Below are positions 28,725 through 36,132 of a stretch of 64,000 bases of DNA, piece by piece. The notes under the pieces were generated by a model. The model saw only the letters and a program-made list of their open reading frames with translations, searched no databases and was not told where the DNA came from. The position numbers were made by a program, and so were the translations under genes. This stretch comes from Bacteroidales bacterium. GTDB taxonomy: Bacteria > Bacteroidota > Bacteroidia > Bacteroidales > WCHB1-69. The stretch lies in assembly GCA_016290295.1 (NCBI GenBank), contig JAEETJ010000004.1, forward strand, positions 10,546-74,545, read 5' to 3'. Every line of letters begins with the position of its first letter. The stretch's first letter is position 1.

Positions 28725-30377
28725 TTAGCCATTAGGAAATTGCTTGTATGTTGGACGTGGAAATTTAATATTTACCAAAGACCGCAGTGCTGGATTGGAA
28801 ATAATATATTCACCTGGGGAAAGTCTAGTCATCATATTTTGGTATACTTTCGGAATATACCTATAATCAGACTTTGAAACTTCGATTGCATTCGTGCGAC
28901 CATACGCATGCGTAGCACAGTTTCCTTTTACTCTATCGTGTATTGCGCTTCGAAATTGCTCAACCGAAAAAAGTATGATTCCTAAAGAACGACCGCGTTC
29001 GGCAATATCTAGCAATTGCCGTAGAATAGGCGAGTTTTTAGGTACATCGTTTGAAGCATATTTGTTCAATTCATCCACAAACAAAATCACTTTTTCAGGG
29101 ATATCATCACGTTCTGCACCCAATTTCATATCATAAATGGCACGTGCCACACTACCGAATACAAAACTTTGAGTATTCTCGTCTAGGCGGGCAATATCAA
29201 TTACCATTACTTGACCTGCCTTCAAATTATTTTGTATTTCATCTGTAATGTCAACATCCAAATTTGTATGTGTTTTGGCAAATACATCATTTCTAATAGC
29301 TTTACTTATACAACGTTTGAATTTTCTCCAACTAGTAACTTGTATCTCTTTGTTTTTATTGTCTTTATTTCCAGCTTGTGTTGATTTGCTAATAGCATCT
29401 TCTAATGACGACCACTTGTCAATTCCTTGAAAAGCGCCCTCCTTGTTAATGACGAAATTTACGCAACTTTCCAATGTACCAGAGCTATCATCCTCATTGG
29501 CAAGTAGTAAATCTAATTTATCCTGTGATTTTTCAAATGTAAATTTGTATGTAAAAGCTTTTTTATTCTCCTTCTGTCTTTTAACATCGTCTGGTTTGGC
29601 ATAAGTTTGCACATTTTCAACAATACTATCTTTACTATATGGATAATAGTATTTGACATTTTTAAATGGTTCAGCCGACAAACCTAAATCCATATAAATT
29701 TTTTTATCCATATCCGATAAATCTGTATTTGCCTCGTCTATCGCCATCAAGTCCCTTCCTTTTACATTGAAAAAAACGAAAGCAGCAGAACTCCCATCTT
29801 CAAGCCTAAATTTGTGTTGAATAGCATTAAGTAAAAACATGGAGTATGATGTTTTTGCTGCTAAGCCTGAAATACCAGAAATATTAAGATGTGCTCCTTC
29901 TGGACCGATAAGGAAATGAGAGTCCAGTTCCACTTTTACTTTACATGTTTCATCTCCTTGATACATTTGCAAATACCCACATACGAGAGGATGTTTCACA
30001 TCTTTTAACCCAAGAGCAACTTTAATATCCTCTTCATCACAAAGAGAAACCTGTTTGCCGTCTAATACAGGCGTATAAACATCTCCTGTATTACAAACAA
30101 CACGAGCTTTTACATAATTCATTCCCAAATGATTCATATAGCCAACGACTTCTTTAGTATCTCCAAAATCGCTAGAAATATAACTAGTAAAATGACTTGA
30201 TGAATCTGTTACATGGTTAATTTCTTCAACCACACCATATGTAACAGAATCTAACTCGTGTGTAACTTTGACGACATCAAAAGGACTGAGAATACATCGT
30301 TTGTCAGTCCAAAAATAAAACTCGTCAATAGTTGATGGCATATTTTCAGTGGCAGATACTTTACCAATAATTTTCAT
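28725..30377 (-). CDS. HerA-like FtsK/HerA-superfamily ATPase (HAS-barrel + P-loop, DUF87-type)
   Basis: 550-aa ORF. It has an N-terminal HAS-barrel-like segment (KIIGKVSATEN...FDVVKVTHELDSVTYGVVEEINHV), an atypical P-loop (ISGISGLAAKTSY), Walker B (VILFVDELNKY) and a distal ERGRSLGIILFSVEQ segment. Confidence 0.7.
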   Translation of the reverse strand: MKIIGKVSATENMPSTIDEFYFWTDKRCILSPFDVVKVTHELDSVTYGVVEEINHVTDSSSHFTSYISSDFGDTKEVVGYMNHLGMNYVKARVVCNTGDVYTPVLDGKQVSLCDEEDIKVALGLKDVKHPLVCGYLQMYQGDETCKVKVELDSHFLIGPEGAHLNISGISGLAAKTSYSMFLLNAIQHKFRLEDGSSAAFVFFNVKGRDLMAIDEANTDLSDMDKKIYMDLGLSAEPFKNVKYYYPYSKDSIVENVQTYAKPDDVKRQKENKKAFTYKFTFEKSQDKLDLLLANEDDSSGTLESCVNFVINKEGAFQGIDKWSSLEDAISKSTQAGNKDNKNKEIQVTSWRKFKRCISKAIRNDVFAKTHTNLDVDITDEIQNNLKAGQVMVIDIARLDENTQSFVFGSVARAIYDMKLGAERDDIPEKVILFVDELNKYASNDVPKNSPILRQLLDIAERGRSLGIILFSVEQFRSAIHDRVKGNCATHAYGRTNAIEVSKSDYRYIPKVYQNMMTRLSPGEYIISNPALRSLVNIKFPRPTYKQFPNG

Positions 30378-30378
30378 A

Positions 30379-31581
30379 TTAAAACATATTTAGAATTATA
30401 TTTTCATTAACATAATGCGATTTGCAAAAAGATTCAGTTAAGAAAATAGGGTACAAATGATTTGCCCAACGTGAATCTTTCCCAAAACACACGGGATATG
30501 CTTCTCGGATTAACTGTGAACTTATTGTGTTAATTAGTTCCGTTTCAAAAGGGCTATCATCCATTATCACCATTTCGCATTTAATGATATCTGAGAAATG
30601 TGAATCTCGAAAATCACTATTGCGCAGTCTGACATACCATACCGCAAATGCTTGAACAAAACCGTCTTTATTTTGTGATTCATAACGATACACTTTAGTA
30701 CGTTCAAATGGCTTTAACTCGGCAATCGTTCTTGAAAGTCGATTTCCTTCATAATCAGAGAGAAGAGCGGGATCAAATAATTTGGAGACACCGACAACAT
30801 GTGTGTAATTATCTTTAAAGTTATTGAACTGCGTTTTATCAAGGTTTGAAAACCTTGGATTATATTCCAAAGAACCATCTTTAATTAGCCAATGCTCATC
30901 ATCTAGTTTGTTTTCTTGGCAAAGATTTGCCACAAGAAGTTGCTCTTCATCCATCATTTCATTTTGAATCTTAGCTACCGCACGATTCTTATAATTGTCT
31001 TTGTCACGATCCTCACTTGACCCATCAGTTTTGTATAGCAATATCTTATCAATTGTCAAATTTCTATCTGAAATGAATTTGGACTTTAACATTTCAGTAT
31101 TCAAACTTTCGCAAAATGCACGACAAAAGTTCTCACCTCCATCATCATCATCAAAATCATCAGGCATTGCAATGACAATTTTACTACAAAGAGCACCCCT
31201 TTTAACAAGGGATGCATTCTTAATACAATCCCGACTTTTCCGTTCACAACAACCCACTATCACTTGTCCTGCAATTATGGGGAAAATTTTCTTACCAATG
31301 GCAATATCATCTACCTTGTATGTATGGCGTGAACCATCAAGAAAAAAACTAAATATTGGAGGGGGCACAACAGTATGACTTAGTAATTTGGACAAATCGA
31401 CTGTTTTTTTTCGTGTTCTATCTGTTTCTGCAAAGTCACTCTTTGTAGAAATAGAGGCAACCTTATCATCATAATTATAAGCTATGGAATCGTTGTTCAC
31501 TGTGTCCAGTGATAATTTCTTCGTCTTGTAACAATGATATTTGCCATTACCCTGCAACTCTATGAAATCTAATATTTTCAT
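30379..31581 (-). CDS. NurA-like nuclease (RNase H-fold), partner of the HerA-like ATPase
   Basis: 400-aa ORF. The motif order resembles NurA: FLDGSRH, then ..CCER.., then WLIKDGSLEY, then VVGVSKLF, then LYPIFLTESFCKSHY. Its stop lies 1 nt before the HerA-like start. The assignment is motif-based and needs profile or structure confirmation. Confidence 0.5.
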   Translation of the reverse strand: MKILDFIELQGNGKYHCYKTKKLSLDTVNNDSIAYNYDDKVASISTKSDFAETDRTRKKTVDLSKLLSHTVVPPPIFSFFLDGSRHTYKVDDIAIGKKIFPIIAGQVIVGCCERKSRDCIKNASLVKRGALCSKIVIAMPDDFDDDDGGENFCRAFCESLNTEMLKSKFISDRNLTIDKILLYKTDGSSEDRDKDNYKNRAVAKIQNEMMDEEQLLVANLCQENKLDDEHWLIKDGSLEYNPRFSNLDKTQFNNFKDNYTHVVGVSKLFDPALLSDYEGNRLSRTIAELKPFERTKVYRYESQNKDGFVQAFAVWYVRLRNSDFRDSHFSDIIKCEMVIMDDSPFETELINTISSQLIREAYPVCFGKDSRWANHLYPIFLTESFCKSHYVNENIILNMF

Positions 31582-31954
31582 ATTCTTTCAAACTGTTTTT
31601 TCCCCACCCCAAAAAAAATTTATTTCCTATCAAAGTTCCGGAAAGACTTGCAACATAAATAAAGTAACTCCACGCCTAAGCGCAAACATCACTTTTTATA
31701 GAGCTTTTTCAAAACTTTCCAGTTTCTAATATCACAAAAAAAATGCTTTTTTATACTAAGTGTTTTAAAGAGATTGTTTTCTTCTATGGGCAATTATTAT
31801 TTGTTAATGATTAAATTCGTTTTGTGCATCATATGCGTTGCAAAAGTAACATAAATTTCTAAAAAAAACAACAAAAAACTATCTTTTACAACGGTTTTCC
31901 ATTGTTTTTGTTTTGTTGCAAAGTATTGTTATTACTTTGTTGGCATGTTCGCGA

Positions 31955-32305
31955 CTTTCGCGGCAGGCTCATCCCATCATCATAGCAAGCAACACCCGCA
32001 CCGCGGGAGGAGTGATGATGTCGCTCCTACCCCACACTGCGGCCTGCGGCCTTGTGAGGGGTTACTAAAAGGTCGCCTCTGCGAGGCTCAATTGGTACGG
32101 CTTCGCCGTAATATACATACCATTACCCCGCCCTTCGGGCACCCGTTGGAGGCGTTGTCCCTTGTCCGTTCCAGGGGCTTTGCCCCTGTCTGTACCAGGG
32201 GTTTCACCCCTGTCTATGGTCTTTTCGGCCCTACGGGCCTTACTCCGCCCTGTCGATGCGTCCCATCAATTGTCCACCAACGGACGCATGCGATGCGTCC
32301 CTATA
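31955..32305 (+). repeat. C module copy 1: mosaic of GC-rich hairpins (REP/BIME-like)
   Basis: It begins with CTTTCGCGGCAGGC. Contents: CCAGGGGctttgCCCCTG, CAGGGGtttcaCCCCTG, GGCCCtacGGGCC and GGACGCATgcgATGCGTCC. Confidence 0.75.
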
Positions 32306-32401
32306 TATCATATTTATATCAAAAATTTCCGCATGGAAATTTTTACCTTAATACCGCTTTTGCGAATTACTTGCTTAGAAAAACGAGGAGTATGGAGAGC
32401 T

Positions 32402-32543
32402 AAAAAGCCGACTGTTTGAGCTTGCTTTTGCAAGCGAGTTTCGGCTTTTTAGGCTACAGACGACCGTTTTTTAGCGAGCATATTCGCATGCGGAAAAGCC
32501 ACTTTTCTTTGCCCCTTTCTTTTGTGGCTGCAAAAGAAAGGGG
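32402..32543. other. two strong nested hairpins between C1 and P4
   Basis: AAAAAGCCGA...(GCTTGCttttGCAAGC)...TCGGCTTTTT at 32402-32450, and CCCCTTTCTTTTG-tggctg-CAAAAGAAAGGGG at 32512-32543. Confidence 0.7.
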
Positions 32544-32559
32544 AAGAAAAAAAAATCAC

Positions 32560-32700
32560 AACATCTTTTTTGCAACTTTTCGCTCACTTTCGTCCACTTT
32601 TTGACCCGAAAGTGCAAATTGTCAAACCATTGATTTTTAGCAAATTAAAAATTATTTTGCCATTGATTTTTCAGTTCAGGTGTTGTACCTTTGCAGAAAT
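32560..32700 (+). promoter_or_regulatory. cassette promoter module P4
   Basis: GTCCACTTT at 32592; -7 box TACCTTTG at 32686-32693 (94-nt spacing); ATG at 32721. Confidence 0.7.
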
Positions 32701-32720
32701 CAAAAACTAAATAAAAACTT

Positions 32721-33296
32721 ATGGAAAAGAATCGTCCTCAAGTGGGGAGCGGGCCATCCAATTCGGACTCCCCATCAGACAATGTCAATTCTTCTATTAC
32801 GAGTAGCCCTACCGATACCCTTCGTACCTCGAAGAATCCGAGTGCAAAAATAATAAAAAATCCAACACCAATATTGTCAAAAATAAGGAAATTTAAAAAC
32901 AATGACTTCGTCCTAAATTACTCTAAAGGATGGAATGGTGTATTAGTTGGTTTACGAAAACTCCTGCAACTAAATTATGAAGGCGGTTCAAACTATGCAA
33001 ATTACGAAACTCAAAAGGGGATTTTATCATTAAGGCTTTCTGACCATAATGCAAATGGCAACAATTTTAACACAGACCACATCAATATAAGTGTTTATGT
33101 TGCACTGATTGAATATCAGCATGTTGAGACAAGGGTAAAATACATAGAATATAGAATCACGAAAGAAACGTATAATAAATACCCCAAAAAAGTTGTATAT
33201 GAAATTGTAACTGCAGTTGAACGAGCATTGAGTGGTGAAGTGTTTGAATTAAACAATGACATTGCTGAGAAGACGCCTTATGAAATAGAAATCTAG
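32721..33296 (+). CDS. hypothetical protein (disordered Ser/Pro/Asn-rich N-terminus, globular C-terminal ~130 aa)
   Basis: 191-aa ORF directly served by P4. No domain recognised. It has a notable LSLRLSDHNANGNNF segment. Confidence 0.55.
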   Translation: MEKNRPQVGSGPSNSDSPSDNVNSSITSSPTDTLRTSKNPSAKIIKNPTPILSKIRKFKNNDFVLNYSKGWNGVLVGLRKLLQLNYEGGSNYANYETQKGILSLRLSDHNANGNNFNTDHINISVYVALIEYQHVETRVKYIEYRITKETYNKYPKKVVYEIVTAVERALSGEVFELNNDIAEKTPYEIEI

Positions 33297-33377
33297 GGCC
33301 TGACAAGTCTGCTTAAACTCCGCCATGACAATGTGTGCGGGAGCAAGATCGAAATCATCCTTTGCTAAAACAACACA

Positions 33378-33754
33378 CTTTCGCGGCAGGCTCATCCCAT
33401 CATCATAGCTGGCGACACCTGTGCCGCGAGATGGGTATGGGGCATTTTGTACCAGGGGGTTCACCCCTGGCTATGGTCTTTTCGGCCCTACGGGCCTTAC
33501 TCCGCCCAGATGCCACATCCCTACAATTGTACACCAACGGACGCACGCGATGCGTCCCTACAGACTAATCCAGCGGACACATAGAGAAATGCCTACGGCT
33601 GCCGTGATACGACAGCCCTACATGATGTGCGTGCGGACGCGGACGCATGCGATGCGTTCCTACACATAATACCCTGCGGCATCAGGGCGTAAAACTTCCG
33701 AAATTTCAGTTCCACCCTTCCTATCTTCAACCTGGATTCCAAAACCTCCACCTT
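33378..33754 (+). repeat. C module copy 2
   Basis: The anchor hairpin CGCGGCA...TGCCGCG is followed by CCAGGGG/CCCCTGG, GGCCC/GGGCC and three hairpin+CCCTACA units (minus strand reads GTAG+hairpin). About 95% identical to C3 over ~250 nt, estimated by eye. Confidence 0.8.
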
Positions 33755-33892
33755 CTTTTTTTTGCAACTTTTCGAACAATCTTGTCCACTTTCTGATCCA
33801 AAAATACAATTTATTAAACTATTGATTTTTAGCAAATTAACACACAATTTACTATTGATTTTTCTGTACTGATATCGTAACTTTGTGGGCAA
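33755..33892 (+). promoter_or_regulatory. cassette promoter module P5
   Basis: GTCCACTTT at 33784; -7 box TAACTTTG at 33878-33885 (94-nt spacing); ATG at 33906. Confidence 0.7.
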
Positions 33893-33905
33893 AAACAAAG
33901 TACTT

Positions 33906-34898
33906 ATGGCAAAGAAAAAGGATAAGAACGAACAACAAACTATCAAACCAGTCACAAATTGTGACCAGTTCCCAGAGGTAGTGGAAAATTTCCACCACTT
34001 CAAAGAAAACGAATCTATACTAAGTGTTCATGATATTGAAAAACTAATCGTAACGCTCAGAGGCGTACAAGTTATTATTGATCGTGATTTGGCATTTCTA
34101 TATCAGGAAGAAGTCAAACAAATGAACCGTCAGGTGAAGCGTAATATTGAACGTTTCCCTGCAGATTTCATGTTTCAACTGACCAAGGAAGAGTATGCTA
34201 GTTTGAAGTGCCATTTTGGCACTTCAAACGAAAGGGGTGGTGATCGTCGTGCATTACCCTATGCGTTTACCCAACAAGGTATTGGTATGCTCAGCGGGCT
34301 GCTTCGTAGTCAAGTGGCAATTGAGACCAACATCAAGATAATGCGAGCCTTTGTGGGTATGCAACGATACATCGCCGCTAGCATGCAGCTATTCCAGCGG
34401 TTAAACATCGTAGAGCTCCAACAATTGGAGGCCCGACAATGGATGAAAGATACGGAAAACAAAATTGAAAGCATTCTTGAAAGAATCGAAGAGAATTCCC
34501 CAAAAATGCTTCCAGAGCAAATTTTCCACACCGGCTGTGTATGGGACGCATGGGCTTACGTTTCTGACCTCGTTCGAAGCGCCAAAAGCCGAATCATCCT
34601 CATTGATAATTTCGTTGATGACAGGGTGCTTACCATGCTCACCAAACGTACCGAGGGCGTTACGGCTACCATCCACACCCGTTACAGTGAGCAGTTCCTC
34701 ACTGACTTGAAGAAGCACAACGAACAGTATCCTGAAATCCAATTCATCCAGCTCTCTCATCGCCACCACGACCGTTTCTTGATTATCGACGACAAGGTTC
34801 ATTTCCTCGGTGCCAGCGTAAAGGACATGGGCACCGGCCTCTGTGCCATTACAGAGATGAAAGTTGATCCTGAAACCATTTTGGGGCTGTTAAAATAA
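33906..34898 (+). CDS. ORF6N (KilA-N-related) DNA-binding domain protein fused to a PLD-like domain with HxR variant motif
   Basis: The ORF is trimmed to MAKKKDK. ORF6N core: LRGVQVIIDRDLAFLYQEEVKQMNRQVKRNIERFPADFMFQLT...LPYAFTQQGIGMLSGLL. C-terminal HDRFLIIDDKVHFLGASVKD fits the HxKxxxxD(x6)G spacing with R in place of K. Confidence 0.7.
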   Translation: MAKKKDKNEQQTIKPVTNCDQFPEVVENFHHFKENESILSVHDIEKLIVTLRGVQVIIDRDLAFLYQEEVKQMNRQVKRNIERFPADFMFQLTKEEYASLKCHFGTSNERGGDRRALPYAFTQQGIGMLSGLLRSQVAIETNIKIMRAFVGMQRYIAASMQLFQRLNIVELQQLEARQWMKDTENKIESILERIEENSPKMLPEQIFHTGCVWDAWAYVSDLVRSAKSRIILIDNFVDDRVLTMLTKRTEGVTATIHTRYSEQFLTDLKKHNEQYPEIQFIQLSHRHHDRFLIIDDKVHFLGASVKDMGTGLCAITEMKVDPETILGLLK

Positions 34899-34964
34899 CG
34901 ACCTGTTATTAGTACCGACGCTGTGCAGGGCAAGGCCGCCACCTCCCTCTGCTACAGCAACAGC

Positions 34965-35361
34965 CTTTCGCGGCAGGCAAGTTCCGTCATCAAAGCCAGT
35001 GTCCCTTGTGCCGCGAGGTGGGTATGGGGCATTTTTTACCAGGGGGTTCACCCCTGTCTATTCCAGGGGCTTTGCCCCTGTCTGTATTCTTTTCGGCCCT
35101 ACGGGCCTGATTAAGCCATAACACCGCATCCCTACAATTGTTCACCGACGGACGCATGCGATGCGTCCCTACAGACTAATCCAGCGGACACATAGAGACA
35201 TGCCTGCGGCTGCCGTGATACGACAGCCCTACATGATGTGCACGCGGATGCGGACGCATGCAATGCGTCCCTACACATAATACCCTGCGGCATCAGGGCG
35301 TAAAACCTCCGAAATTTCAGTTCCTCTCTCCCCTACTTCAGCTTGGATTCCAAAACCTCCA
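34965..35361 (+). repeat. C module copy 3
   Basis: Same unit order as C2, with an extra CCAGGGGctttgCCCCTG unit. Confidence 0.8.
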
Positions 35362-35505
35362 CCTTCCTTTTTTTTGCAACTTTTCGCTCACTTTTGTCCA
35401 CTTTCTGACCCAAAAGTTCAATTTATTAAACTATTGATTTTTAACAAATTAACAATTACTTTTCCATTGATTTTATGATTTCAACATTGTAACTTTGCGA
35501 GCGGA
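35362..35505 (+). promoter_or_regulatory. cassette promoter module P6
   Basis: GTCCACTTT at 35396; -7 box TAACTTTG at 35490-35497 (94-nt spacing); ATG at 35530. Confidence 0.7.
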
Positions 35506-35529
35506 AACAAACCATTAATTTTAAATACT

Positions 35530-36132
35530 ATGGAAAACAATTTACTTCCCGAAGTGGAAAAGAAAATTATCACCCTCAGAAACCAACAAGTGATATTGGA
35601 TTCAGATGTGGCTGATTTGTATGGTGTGGAAACCAAAGAAATTAATCAAGCAGTAAAAAACAATCCCGAGAAATTTCCCAAAGGATACATTTTTCAACTT
35701 GAAGATCAAGAATTTAGAAATTTGCGGTCAAAAAATTTGACCACAAAATTTTCAAAAACACGACAACTTCCTAAAGCTTTTACCGAAAAAGGACTTTACA
35801 TGTTAGCCACCATTCTCAAAAGTCCTAAAGCGGTGGAAACCACCATTGCCATTGTGGAAGCATATGCCAAATTAAAGGAACTATCACGGGTGATTGTGGA
35901 AGTTCCACATAAAGAGGAGGACAGCATGGAACAAAAGGTTCTCCTACATCGCGGAGGACAGTTAGTGGAAGACATCATGAGCAACATCCTTCCCAAACAA
36001 AGCAGTGAAACCTCCTTCGAACTAAACCTCGCCATGTTCAAATTCAAACATTCAGTAAAACGGGAGAACGAAGACAAAATCAACAGACTTGAAGCGGAAC
36101 TCGCTGAATTAAAGAAGAAAATCAAAACCTAA
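35530..36132 (+). CDS. ORF6N domain-containing protein (short form with C-terminal coiled coil)
   Basis: 200-aa ORF: LRNQQVILDSDVADLYGVETKEINQAVKNNPEKFPKGYIFQLE...LPKAFTEKGLYMLATILKS. Confidence 0.75.
   Translation: MENNLLPEVEKKIITLRNQQVILDSDVADLYGVETKEINQAVKNNPEKFPKGYIFQLEDQEFRNLRSKNLTTKFSKTRQLPKAFTEKGLYMLATILKSPKAVETTIAIVEAYAKLKELSRVIVEVPHKEEDSMEQKVLLHRGGQLVEDIMSNILPKQSSETSFELNLAMFKFKHSVKRENEDKINRLEAELAELKKKIKT

Noticed and set aside
31945-35114. ORFs across the C modules (31945..32403, 32162..32419, 33335..33568, 33421..33669, 34923..35114 and minus-strand 33593..34003).
   Set aside because: They are translations of GC-rich hairpin repeats (recurrent ...GRMRCVPT..., ...VFSALRALLRP...). 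The frames differ between copies, and there are no start context or domain signatures.
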